NCBI GenBank assembly: GCA_017550625.1
Contig: JAFZOL010000039.1
Location: forward strand, 23,211-87,210
DNA: 64,000 nt
From: Clostridia bacterium
Lineage (GTDB): Bacteria; Bacillota; Clostridia; Oscillospirales; Acutalibacteraceae
Direction: 5' to 3'
The translations under genes and the position numbers were made by a program. Below, in pieces: positions 37,460 to 46,087 of this stretch; position 1 is the stretch's first letter; the number at the start of each line of letters is the position of its first letter. The notes below the pieces were generated by a model that made no database searches, was not told the DNA's origin, and worked only from the letters and a program-made list of their open reading frames with translations.

Positions 37460-39700
37460 TTAATCGTGGACGCCGCTGGTGGTGCGGAACGACACCGTGA
37501 TCACGCTGCCGCTCTCGCGCGTTTCGCCCTCGGGGACGTCCTGTTTGTACGCGATGACCGTGCTCTCGCCCGAGGCGGAGCCGGAGATGCGGATGTTGAG
37601 GCCCGCGCCGACCGCGATGCGGTTCGCCTGCGACACCGTCATGCCCGAGAAGTCGGGCACGACGCTCATCTCTTTCTCGAGATTGTTCTGCGTGTAGAGC
37701 ACCACGACGCCGTTGACCGGGGTGATGATGCGGGCGTTCGGCACCTGGGCGACAACGGTCTGGCCCTCGCCGATCACGCGCACGGTGTATTCGTAGCCCT
37801 CTTTCGCGAGCTCCTCTTTCGCCTCTTCGACCGGCATGCCGACGACGGAGGGCAGCGGGGCGGTCTTGACGGCGAACTCGCCGTCGCCGTAGGACGGCTC
37901 GACGCCGAGATAGGTGAGGGTCTTTTCGATGACCTCGCCCGCCACGGGCGCCGCGATGACGCCGCCGGAGTAGTTCGCGCCCTGCGGTTCGTCGATGACG
38001 ATGACCACGCTCACGCGCGGATTGTTGACCGGCGCAAAGCCGGCGAAGGAGCCGATATAGGTGTCGTCCTTGGCGCCGATCTTTTCGGAGGTACCGGTCT
38101 TGCCCGCCACGTGATAGCCCGCCACGTAGGCGTTTTTGCCGGTGCCGTCCTTCACGACGTCTTCCATCCAAGAAGCCACGGTTGCCGCGGTGCTGGGCGA
38201 GATGACCTGCCGCTTGACCGTGGGCTGGGTCACGGAAATCGGATTGCCGTCGCCGTCGAGGATCTTGGCGACCACGTAGGGCTGCATGAGCCTGCCGCCG
38301 TTGCCGATCGCCGAGACCGCCGTGACGGTTTGAAGGGGCGTAATGTTGATCGACTGGCCGAACGAGGAGGACGCAAGGTCGGACAGCGTGAAGGACACGG
38401 CGGGGTCGTGATAGGTCACGCCCACGGCCGGGGAGCCCTCGCCCGGGAGGTCCACGCCCGTTTTTTCGGTGAAGCCGAAGGCCTGGAAGTATTTGAAATA
38501 GAGCTCCTGCCCCATCATCTGGCCGACGGTGACGGCGAAGGTGTTGCAGGAATTGACGAGCAGCGTGCGCGGCGTTTCATAGCCGTGGCCGGTGGGATTG
38601 AAGTCCTTGATGCTGCGGTTTGCGATGTTGATCGTGCCCACGCAATAGTATTCGGTGTTCTCGTCGATCACGCCCTCTTCGTAGGCGCCCGAGACGAGGA
38701 AGACCTTGTAAACGGAGCCGGGGTAATAGAAGTCGGCGATGCTCTTGTTTTTCCACTGTTCCATGCGCGCCGCGGCGACGGGATCCTCTTTCTCGCTGTC
38801 AGTGCCGTTGACCTCGAAATAGTTCGTGAGCTGCGGATAGAGGACGTCGAAGGGCGAATTGGGATCGTAATCCGGCAGGTTCGCCATCGCGAGGATCGCG
38901 CCGGTCTGGGTATCCATCACGATGCCGTAGACGTTGCGCGCGCCGGTATCGTCGAGCGCCGTGGCGAGGGCGTTTTCGAGGATGGTCTGGATCTCGTTGT
39001 CGATCGTGAGCACGAGGGAGCTGCCCTGCCGCGCCTCGTAGGTCACCTCATAGGCGTTGTCGAGCTCGAGCTGATAGGAGTCCTTCGCCGTGATGATGCG
39101 CCCGTTGGTGCCGGTGAGCGTGGCGTCGTAGAGATATTCGAGCCCGTAGAGGCCGTTGCCGTCGGTGCCCGTGAAGCCGATTACGGTGGAGGCAAGGCTG
39201 CTGCCGGGATAATAGCGCTTGGTGTCGGGGTCGACGAAGATGACCTCGGTGAGCTTGTTCTCGCGCACCTGTTCGAGCAGGGCGGTTTTTTCCCGATATT
39301 CGATCTCGCCCTTGATCTTGAGGTAGCCGTAGTTGGCGTTTTTGTCGATGCGCCGCGCGAGGTCCACCACGTCGAGCCCGAGGGTGTCGCTGAGCACCGA
39401 CAGCACCTTCGTGCGGTTGGCCTCGGTGACGCGGGCGGGGTTGATGTAGCACAGCCACACCGACGCGCTCTGCGCGAGCACGTTCATGTTCGCGTCGTAG
39501 ATCGTGCCGCGCGACGCCGTGATCGTGGTGTCGCTCAGCTGCTGCGCCTCGGCCTTTTCGCGGTATTCATCTCCCTTGACGACGGCGATATATGCGATAC
39601 GCAGAAAACAGGCCAGAAAAGCGATCACGGCGATGAGGATCATCACGATCACACCGCGGCGCGCCGCAAGCCCGGTGCTGCGCATTTCGTCCTTCTTCAA
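37460..39700 (-). CDS. class B penicillin-binding protein (PBP2B/SpoVD-type) with two C-terminal PASTA domains
   Basis: N-terminal TM helix, PBP dimerisation domain, transpeptidase motifs (PGSVYK, SCN, KTGT), then two PASTA-like repeats. TTG at 39700 is 7 nt after AAAGGAGG; an alternative ATG is at 39685. Confidence 0.9.
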   Translation of the reverse strand: MKKDEMRSTGLAARRGVIVMILIAVIAFLACFLRIAYIAVVKGDEYREKAEAQQLSDTTITASRGTIYDANMNVLAQSASVWLCYINPARVTEANRTKVLSVLSDTLGLDVVDLARRIDKNANYGYLKIKGEIEYREKTALLEQVRENKLTEVIFVDPDTKRYYPGSSLASTVIGFTGTDGNGLYGLEYLYDATLTGTNGRIITAKDSYQLELDNAYEVTYEARQGSSLVLTIDNEIQTILENALATALDDTGARNVYGIVMDTQTGAILAMANLPDYDPNSPFDVLYPQLTNYFEVNGTDSEKEDPVAAARMEQWKNKSIADFYYPGSVYKVFLVSGAYEEGVIDENTEYYCVGTINIANRSIKDFNPTGHGYETPRTLLVNSCNTFAVTVGQMMGQELYFKYFQAFGFTEKTGVDLPGEGSPAVGVTYHDPAVSFTLSDLASSSFGQSINITPLQTVTAVSAIGNGGRLMQPYVVAKILDGDGNPISVTQPTVKRQVISPSTAATVASWMEDVVKDGTGKNAYVAGYHVAGKTGTSEKIGAKDDTYIGSFAGFAPVNNPRVSVVIVIDEPQGANYSGGVIAAPVAGEVIEKTLTYLGVEPSYGDGEFAVKTAPLPSVVGMPVEEAKEELAKEGYEYTVRVIGEGQTVVAQVPNARIITPVNGVVVLYTQNNLEKEMSVVPDFSGMTVSQANRIAVGAGLNIRISGSASGESTVIAYKQDVPEGETRESGSVITVSFRTTSGVHD

Positions 39701-39744
39701 CCCGATTCCTCCTTTAAATTTCAAGTTATAGTTTATTTTATATT

Positions 39745-39774
39745 TATAAAGGAAAGGGCGAAAACGATTCGCCC
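39745..39774 (-). terminator. terminator-like hairpin inside the dcw cluster (between ftsL and pbp)
   Basis: Minus strand GGGCGAA-UCGUU-UUCGCCC followed by UUUCCUUU. It could act as an attenuator. Confidence 0.45.
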
Positions 39775-39844
39775 TGTCATTTCAGTCCATTCTATGCCGC
39801 GGCGCACGCAAAAATGCCGCAGCAAAAATCGGGCGGCCCGAAGG

Positions 39845-40336
39845 TCACCCGAAAATATCCCAGAAGCTGCCGCTCTCTTCGGAGTAGATCACGCCCTCTT
39901 CGCCCGACAGATCGATGTATTCGATCTGATAGCTCTCGAGCTTTTTCATGCCGAGGATCTTGGTGGCGTATTCTTCGACCTCGCTGATGCTGATGTAATT
40001 GCTCAGCACCGAGCTCAGGCGCACGTTTTCGCTTTTGGCGACATTGATCTCATTTTCGATCTCGTTGATCTGCCGGTTGATCTCGTATTTGCGGGCGCCG
40101 ACGCTGATCTGCGCGCAGAGCACGGCGAGCAGCACGGCGGCGACGACGAAGATCTTTACGCTCTTGCCCGCGTTTCTGCGGGTCTCCTGCTGCGCCCGGC
40201 GCCGGGGATTCGGCAATACCTTGACGAGCGGCTGTTCTTTCTTTTCTTCCCTTTTCGGCGCCGCGTTGGAGCGCAGCACCGGGCGTTCTTCAAACATATC
40301 AAAGGCGTAACCGACGCCGTAGCTTGCAGCCGCCAT
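39845..40336 (-). CDS. ftsL: FtsL-like cell division protein
   Basis: Position between rsmH and pbp. A single TM helix (IFVVAAVLLAVLCAQISV) followed by a coiled coil (YEINRQINEIENEINVAKSENVRL). Confidence 0.7.
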   Translation of the reverse strand: MAAASYGVGYAFDMFEERPVLRSNAAPKREEKKEQPLVKVLPNPRRRAQQETRRNAGKSVKIFVVAAVLLAVLCAQISVGARKYEINRQINEIENEINVAKSENVRLSSVLSNYISISEVEEYATKILGMKKLESYQIEYIDLSGEEGVIYSEESGSFWDIFG

Positions 40337-40371
40337 CTTTATCCCCCTGTCTTTCCTTTCGTGAACGCCTG

Positions 40372-41316
40372 TTAAACGGAGGCGTTATCCGGTTCTTTCA
40401 GTTTTCTGATGCTGCGAAGCCGTGCGGAACGGCTTCTGGGATTCTCGGCGAGCTCCGCTTCGCCCGGGGCGACGCCCCTGTTCGTAAGCTCCCCCGCCGG
40501 GGTCTTGCCGCAGGTGCACACCGGGAAGTACGGCGGGCACGTGCAGCCCTGCGTGAGCGCGCGGAACGCGTTTTTCACGATCCTGTCTTCAAGCGAGTGG
40601 AAGGTGATGACGCTGAGCACGCCGCCGACCTTGAGCGAGCGGAACATCGCGTTGACTGCTTCGTCAAGGTAATCGAGTTCGCCGTTCACCTCGATGCGGA
40701 TCGCCTGGAACGTGCGCCGTGCCGGATGGCCGTCGCGCCGCATTTTCGCGGGGATCGCGGACTTGACGATCTCGGCAAGCTCGAGCGTGGTTCCGATCGG
40801 GCGCTTCGAGCGCTCCGCCGCGATGCGCCGCGCGACCGAGGGCGCGCATTTTTCTTCGCCGTAGGCGTAAAGGATGCGCCTGAGATCGGCCTCGGAATAG
40901 GTATTCACCACGTCGTAGGCGCTTTTGCCCTCGCGGCTCATGCGCATGTCGAGGGGCGCGTCGGTGTGAAAAGAAAATCCCCTTTCGGGTGTATCGAGCT
41001 GATGGGAGCTGACCCCGAGGTCGGCGAGCACGCCGTTGAAGCCCTCGGGCGCATACTGTTCGCGGATCTCGGCGATCTTCAGAAAGTTTTCGTGCACCAC
41101 CGTGACGTTGGGCTTGTCCCGGAACCGTTCGGTGAGCGCCTCGATCGCGTCGGGATCGCGGTCGATCGAATAAAGCCTGCCAGTTGTCAGCTTTTCGGCG
41201 ATCGCGGCGCTGTGGCCGCCGCCGCCCGCCGTGCAGTCGGCATAGACGCCGTCGGGCACGATCTCGAGCGAATCGATCGTTTCACGGAACAGGACGGGCA
41301 CGTGGCTGAATTCCAT
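40372..41316 (-). CDS. rsmH: 16S rRNA (cytosine1402-N4)-methyltransferase
   Basis: HVPVL..., DCTAGGGGHS, DLGVSSHQLD, GGVLSVITFHSLEDRIVK. Confidence 0.95.
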   Translation of the reverse strand: MEFSHVPVLFRETIDSLEIVPDGVYADCTAGGGGHSAAIAEKLTTGRLYSIDRDPDAIEALTERFRDKPNVTVVHENFLKIAEIREQYAPEGFNGVLADLGVSSHQLDTPERGFSFHTDAPLDMRMSREGKSAYDVVNTYSEADLRRILYAYGEEKCAPSVARRIAAERSKRPIGTTLELAEIVKSAIPAKMRRDGHPARRTFQAIRIEVNGELDYLDEAVNAMFRSLKVGGVLSVITFHSLEDRIVKNAFRALTQGCTCPPYFPVCTCGKTPAGELTNRGVAPGEAELAENPRSRSARLRSIRKLKEPDNASV

Positions 41317-41330
41317 GAAAGCCGCCTTTC

Positions 41331-41753
41331 TCAGAACGCGATCTCGGGATAGTCGCCGACCGCGAGCTCCGCCTTTTCGCCGACGTTTTTGCGGTAGGCC
41401 GCCTTATCCCACAGTTCGATGCGGTTGCCCGCGCCGAGCACCACGACCTCTTCTTTGAGCCCCGCGTGCTCGATGCACTCAGCGGGCACGACCAGACGGC
41501 CGCTGCGGTCGAGCGAGGCGGGCGTGGCGTCGGAATAGAAGCGGCGGACAAGAAGCCTGCCCTCATCCGTTTTCGTGAGCGCCGCCAGAGGCTGGGTGAT
41601 CTGCTCGAAGGTGGACTGGTCGTAAATGAACAGGCACCCTTCGTTCGCCTTATACAGGATGATCTCGCTGCCGAGCGGCTCGCGGAAGCGGGACGGCAGG
41701 ATCACGCGGTTCGACGCGTCAAGGGTATAGTCATATTCACCGAAGTACGCCAT
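41331..41753 (-). CDS. mraZ: transcriptional regulator MraZ
   Basis: MAYFGEYDYTLDASNRVILPSRFRE...DRSGRLVVPAECIEHAGL has two SpoVT/AbrB-like halves. The track start at 41876 is the TTG of the promoter -35 box. Confidence 0.92.
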   Translation of the reverse strand: MAYFGEYDYTLDASNRVILPSRFREPLGSEIILYKANEGCLFIYDQSTFEQITQPLAALTKTDEGRLLVRRFYSDATPASLDRSGRLVVPAECIEHAGLKEEVVVLGAGNRIELWDKAAYRKNVGEKAELAVGDYPEIAF

Positions 41754-41847
41754 TTTGCTCCGCTCCTTTCCGCTTTTGCTCTCCGTTTTGCTACATTTTC
41801 GTGCAGTTTCATGGATTTTCTCGGCATTTCTCTCCGTTGTGAACCTT

Positions 41848-41876
41848 ATTATAAAACATGGAAACGAAAAAATCAA
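41848..41876 (-). promoter_or_regulatory. sigma-A-type promoter of the mraZ/dcw operon
   Basis: Minus strand TTGATT-17 nt-TATAAT, about 90 nt upstream of the mraZ ATG. Confidence 0.65.
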
Positions 41877-42112
41877 TAGCTTTTTTCAAAAAAAACAGAA
41901 AATTTTTCGCTGTTTTTTTGAATTAAGACTATTTTAAGCAACGCCCTATATACTGTGAAGCGTAGACGGCGGGAAGCCGTCCCTGAGATCGAACGCTACC
42001 TCGTTTTTCTTCATAAATTATCTCCTCAAAGCAGACGCGCCGGGTGCTCCCCGGCGCGTTTGCTTTGTAAAGGTTTTTTGCTCCGCCGGGCCCCGTTTCG
42101 CCCCCGGGAGAA

Positions 42113-42148
42113 CATAAAAAGGACCGAAGTGTGAACTCCGGTCCTTTT
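42113..42148 (-). terminator. intrinsic terminator after the GH27/zinc-ribbon operon
   Basis: Minus strand AAAGGACCG-N12-CGGTCCUUUUU. Confidence 0.7.
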
Positions 42149-42154
42149 CTTCTT

Positions 42155-42391
42155 TTATTCACGCCGATCGGTGTCTTCGGGCAAAGGCGGCTCCCCTTCC
42201 GCCGGGAACAGCGTGCAGCCCGCCCGCTGGAAGCTGCGGATCATGCCGAGCGCCGTTTCGCGGGACATCCGGAAGTAATTTGCCGTACAGGCGAGGCAGC
42301 GCTTCGGCTCGGCGCCGCGGTTGACGAGCTTTTTGTAAAAGCCCGCGTCCCAGACGTCCAGCTCTTTGCCGCAGACTTCACACGTTGTCAT
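42155..42391 (-). CDS. small CxxC...CxxC zinc-ribbon-like protein (78 aa)
   Basis: MTTCEVCGKELDVWDAGFYKKLVNRGAEPKRCLACTANYF. Its start overlaps the stop of the upstream alpha-galactosidase (ATGA). Confidence 0.6.
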   Translation of the reverse strand: MTTCEVCGKELDVWDAGFYKKLVNRGAEPKRCLACTANYFRMSRETALGMIRSFQRAGCTLFPAEGEPPLPEDTDRRE

Positions 42392-43518
42392 GCGTCGACG
42401 ATCTCGGCGAGGTAGACCGCGCAGTCGTGCGCGTCAAGATCGACGTAGACGCTCTCTTTGCGCACGCCCTCGTCTTCGCCCGCGAGGGCGTTGAAGAGCC
42501 TGAGGCCCTTGCCCACGTTCACCGGGATGCCGAGGTTTTCGAGCGGCATCCACGTGCGGCAGGGCTCGTCGCGGAAGTTCGTGAACAGAAGGGCGAGCCG
42601 GTTGTCGCTGAGCACTCTGGCGTAGACGTTGCGGTAGTTGTCGCTCTCGTACTGGGCGATGAAGGGCGGGCGGCCCTCTTCGTCCTGATTGATGCGCAGA
42701 AGATGCTTGTTCGTAACGAGCTTCAGCGTTACGTCGTTGATATTTCGCACGTCGCAGCCGAGCATGAGCGGCGCGGCGAACATGCACCAGAGCGAGAACT
42801 GGAGCTTATATTCCGTGTCGGTGCAGCCGGTGGAGCCGACGTTGCCCCTGGAATACATGCCGACCGTGAGCATGTCGATATCGTTGAAGCAGCCGGGTGC
42901 GGAATAGACGAAGTTGTCGAGCTGGCTCAGAAAGATATCGCGGAACGACACGAAGTTGTCGCAGATGTCGCCGGTGGAGCGGTACATGCCCGCGCCCGTG
43001 GAGCGGATCCATTTGTGCACGTCGTCGCAGCCCCAGTTGCAGGCGGAGAGCAGGATATCCCTGCCGCTGCTTCTGAGCGCCATGCTCATCTTGCGGTAAA
43101 GCAGCGGCCCGTATTCGTGCCTGGGCTTGTAGCAGTAGTCGTATTTGAGGAAGTCCGCGCCGTAGTCGGCAAAGGTCTTTGCGTCGAGGTATTCGTGGTC
43201 GAACGAGCCGGGATAGTCGGCACAGGTACGCACGCCCGCGCAGGAATACATGCCGAATTTGAGTCCCTTTTCGTGGACGTAGTCGCTCACGGCCTTCATC
43301 CCCTGCGGGAATTTGACGGGATCGGGCACGATGCGGTCCGTCTCGGGGTCGCGCTGCCGCTCGGACCAGCAGTCGTCGATGACGAGGTATTCGTAGCCCG
43401 CGTCGCGAAGGCCCTTTTCGACCATCGCGTCGGCGGTCTGTTTGATCATGTCGGCCGAGATGTTCTCGCCGAAGGTGTTCCACGTGTTGAAGCCCATGGG
43501 CGGTTTTTTCGGATACAT
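42388..43518 (-). CDS. GH27 alpha-galactosidase (compact, cytoplasmic)
   Basis: MYPKKPPMGFNTWNTF, YLVIDDCW, LKYDYC, SACNWG, FNDIDMLTVG. RBS GGAGGA. The track start at 43575 is a TTG extension. Confidence 0.9.
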   Translation of the reverse strand: MYPKKPPMGFNTWNTFGENISADMIKQTADAMVEKGLRDAGYEYLVIDDCWSERQRDPETDRIVPDPVKFPQGMKAVSDYVHEKGLKFGMYSCAGVRTCADYPGSFDHEYLDAKTFADYGADFLKYDYCYKPRHEYGPLLYRKMSMALRSSGRDILLSACNWGCDDVHKWIRSTGAGMYRSTGDICDNFVSFRDIFLSQLDNFVYSAPGCFNDIDMLTVGMYSRGNVGSTGCTDTEYKLQFSLWCMFAAPLMLGCDVRNINDVTLKLVTNKHLLRINQDEEGRPPFIAQYESDNYRNVYARVLSDNRLALLFTNFRDEPCRTWMPLENLGIPVNVGKGLRLFNALAGEDEGVRKESVYVDLDAHDCAVYLAEIVDA

Positions 43519-43587
43519 AAGACGTCCTCCTTTTGTTGTTAGTCCCAGTATACCACGCCGCCCGGCGCGTTGCAAGAGGCGCGCGCG

Positions 43588-43671
43588 TTTTAGGTGTCCT
43601 CACTTAGGGATTTACATGGTTTTTTGCAAATAAGTGCGCCGCTGCGGCATATTAATCCCCAAGTGAGGGCG
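43588..43671 (+). repeat. short copy of the inverted-repeat element seen at 28549-28845
   Basis: TTTAGGTGTCCTCACTTAGGGATTTACATGGTTTTTTGCAAATAAGTGCGCCGCTGCGGCATATTAATCCCCAAGTGAGGGCG. The 15-bp arms are CCTCACTTAGGGATT / AATCCCCAAGTGAGG. It aligns end to end with the reverse complement of the two ends of the 28.6-kb copy. Confidence 0.85.
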
Positions 43672-43679
43672 ACGTTCGC

Positions 43680-43707
43680 TTGACTTTTGCCGCGATTGGG
43701 TTATAAT
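43680..43707 (+). promoter_or_regulatory. sigma-A-type promoter of the mrp-like gene
   Basis: TTGACT-16 nt-TATAAT, immediately after the repeat element. Confidence 0.6.
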
Positions 43708-43739
43708 AGGAAGGAAATCAAAAAGACGGAGTGAATAAT

Positions 43740-44552
43740 ATGAGCTGCAACAACGACTGCGCGAACTGCGCCTCGAAATGCGACAAGGCCGATTTCCGCG
43801 AGCCCCAGAACGCGATGTCCGATATCAAGAACGTGATCGCCGTGGTATCCGGCAAGGGGGGCGTGGGCAAGAGCCTCGTGACTTCCCTTCTCGCTGTGTA
43901 CGCGCGGCGCGAGGGCTTTGAGACCGCCGTGATCGACGCCGATATCACGGGGCCGTCGATCCCGAAGGCTTTCGGCATCCGCGCGAAGGCCGAAGGGAAC
44001 GACCTCGGCATCATGCCCGCCTTCACCGCCACCGGCATCAAGCTGATGAGCCTCAACCTCCTGCTCGAGGACGAGGGCGCGCCCGTGGTGTGGCGCGGAC
44101 CCGTGATCGCGGGCGCGGTGAAGCAGTTCTGGACCGACGTGGTGTGGAACGACGTGGACTATATGTTCGTGGACATGCCGCCCGGCACCGGCGACGTGCC
44201 GCTGACCGTGTTCCAGAGCCTGCCCGTGAAGGGCATCGTGATCGTGACCTCCCCGCAGGAGCTCGTGGGCATGATCGTGAGCAAGGCCATCCGCATGGCG
44301 AACCTGATGGACATCCCGGTGCTCGGCGTGGTGGAGAACTTCTCGTACTTCGAGTGCCCCGACTGCGGCAAGCGCCACGAGATCTACGGGCCGTCGCACC
44401 TCGACGAGATCGCGAAGGAGTTCGGCATCGGCCTGACCGCCCGCCTGCCCGTCAACCCGAAGTTCGCCGCCGCGGCGGACAAGGGCATGCTGGAGCTCGC
44501 CGACGTGCCGGAGATGGAGGAATTCGCGAAAAAGCTGCTGGAGATCAAATAA
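43740..44552 (+). CDS. Mrp/NBP35/ApbC-family iron-sulfur cluster carrier ATPase
   Basis: N-terminal Cys cluster (CNNDCANCASKC), deviant Walker A VVSGKGGVGKS, and CPDCG near the C-terminus. ATG at 43740; a GTG at 43731 is also possible. Confidence 0.88.
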   Translation: MSCNNDCANCASKCDKADFREPQNAMSDIKNVIAVVSGKGGVGKSLVTSLLAVYARREGFETAVIDADITGPSIPKAFGIRAKAEGNDLGIMPAFTATGIKLMSLNLLLEDEGAPVVWRGPVIAGAVKQFWTDVVWNDVDYMFVDMPPGTGDVPLTVFQSLPVKGIVIVTSPQELVGMIVSKAIRMANLMDIPVLGVVENFSYFECPDCGKRHEIYGPSHLDEIAKEFGIGLTARLPVNPKFAAAADKGMLELADVPEMEEFAKKLLEIK

Positions 44553-44564
44553 GCAAAAAAAGAT

Positions 44565-44600
44565 ACAGCCGGTTCCCGATTGGGGACCGGCTGTTGTTTT
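44565..44600. terminator. bidirectional intrinsic terminator
   Basis: ACAGCCGGTTCCC-GATT-GGGGACCGGCTGT, then TGTTTT, with an A7 run upstream. Confidence 0.8.
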
Positions 44601-44608
44601 ATATAGCC

Positions 44609-46087
44609 TCAGCAGAAGGGGTTCTCGGTGGGATACGGCAGCGTTTTCGGGCGGTTATAGGCGATATCGCCGACGCCGAGGAAGCGGAAGACCTCGAACA
44701 GCGCCTTGCCGTAATGGCCGAACGCGACCGCGCCGTGGTGCGGGAAGTGCTTTTCGATCAGCACGTGGCGGTAGAAGCGGCCCATTTCGGGGATCGCGAA
44801 CACGCCGATGCCGCCGAACGAGCCCGTGGGCACGTCGAGCACCTCGCCCTGGGCGATGTAGCTGCGAAGCACGCCCTCGCTGTCGCACTGCAGACGGAAG
44901 AACGTGATATCGCCCGCCGCGATGTCGCCCTCGAGCGTGCCGCGGGTGAAGTCGGGCTCGCTGCCGGCGGGCTCGAGCAGGCGGTGCTGGATGAGCTGGT
45001 ATTTGACCGCGCGGTCGGAGCACATCTTGCACGCGGGCGTGTTGCCGCAGTGGAAGCCCATGAACGTATCGGTAAGGGCGTAGGGAGCGGCGCCCCTGAT
45101 CTTTTCGTCATAGAGCGACGCGGGCACCGAGTTGTTGATGTCGAGCAGCGTCACGGCGTCGCCGGACACGCACGCGCCGATATATTCGCTCAAAGCGCCG
45201 TAGATATCCACCTCGCACGCGACCGGGATGCCGCGGGACGCAAGACGGGAGTTGACGTAGCAGGGCTCGAAGCCGAACTGCTCGGGGAACGCGGGCCAGC
45301 ATTTGTCGGCAAAGGCGACGTATTCCCGCGCGCCTTTGTGCTGTTCCGCCCAGTCGAGGAGGGTGAGCTCGAACTGCGCCATGCGGGGCAGCATGGCGGG
45401 ATAGGAGTTGCCCGACGCGCCGAGCTCGGCGGCCATATCCTCGCACACCGCGGGGATGCGGGGGTCGTTCGCGTGGGCCTTATACGCTACGAGAAGGTCG
45501 AGCTCGCTGTTCTCTTCGATCTCGACGCCGAGCTCGTAAAGGCCCTTGATCGGGGCGTTGCAGGCAAAGAAATCCTGCGGGCGCGGGCCGAAGGTGATGA
45601 TCTTGAGGTTTTTGACGCCGATCACGGCGCGCGCCACGGGCACGAAGTCGGCGATCATGGCCGCGATGTCGGCCGCCGTGCCGACCGGATAAGCCGGGAT
45701 ATAGGCGGCGATCTTGCGCATGGCGAGGTTATACGAGCAGTTGAGCATGCCGCAATAGGCGTCGCCGCGGCCGTTGATGAGGTCGCCGTCGCCCTCGGCG
45801 GCAGCCACGAACATGGTCGGGCCGTCGAAGTTCTTCGCGATCAGCGTCTCGGGCGTTTCGGGGCCGAAGTTGCCGAGGAACACCACGAGGGCGTTGCAGC
45901 CGGCGGCCTTGACGTCAGCCACGGCCTTGAGCATATCCGCCTCGTTCTCCACGGTGACGGGGCATTCGTAGAGCCCGTTTTCGCACAGCGAGGCGATCGC
46001 GGCGCGGCGCTTCACGGACAGCTCGATGGGAAAGCAGTCGCGGCTGACGGCGATGAGGCCGAGCCGGACTTCGGGGATGTTTTTCAT
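44609..46087 (-). CDS. L-fucose/L-arabinose isomerase-family sugar isomerase
   Basis: 492 aa. The N-terminal layout RLGLIAVSRDCFP...GCNALVVFLGNFGPE and the size fit FucI-like isomerases. Coupled (ATGA) to the upstream sugar kinase gene. Substrate unknown. Confidence 0.7.
   Translation of the reverse strand: MKNIPEVRLGLIAVSRDCFPIELSVKRRAAIASLCENGLYECPVTVENEADMLKAVADVKAAGCNALVVFLGNFGPETPETLIAKNFDGPTMFVAAAEGDGDLINGRGDAYCGMLNCSYNLAMRKIAAYIPAYPVGTAADIAAMIADFVPVARAVIGVKNLKIITFGPRPQDFFACNAPIKGLYELGVEIEENSELDLLVAYKAHANDPRIPAVCEDMAAELGASGNSYPAMLPRMAQFELTLLDWAEQHKGAREYVAFADKCWPAFPEQFGFEPCYVNSRLASRGIPVACEVDIYGALSEYIGACVSGDAVTLLDINNSVPASLYDEKIRGAAPYALTDTFMGFHCGNTPACKMCSDRAVKYQLIQHRLLEPAGSEPDFTRGTLEGDIAAGDITFFRLQCDSEGVLRSYIAQGEVLDVPTGSFGGIGVFAIPEMGRFYRHVLIEKHFPHHGAVAFGHYGKALFEVFRFLGVGDIAYNRPKTLPYPTENPFC

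Noticed and set aside
37427-40375. 982-aa plus-strand ORF
   Set aside because: It is antisense to the PBP and ftsL genes of the dcw cluster and has no recognisable domain.
41929-42162. 77-aa minus-strand ORF, and a 22-aa ORF (41946..42014, MKKNEVAFDLRDGFPPSTLHSI) between the GH27 operon terminator and the mraZ promoter
   Set aside because: The 77-aa frame starts inside the upstream gene/terminator region and has no RBS. The 22-aa ORF has a GGAG but no other support. Both are left unannotated.
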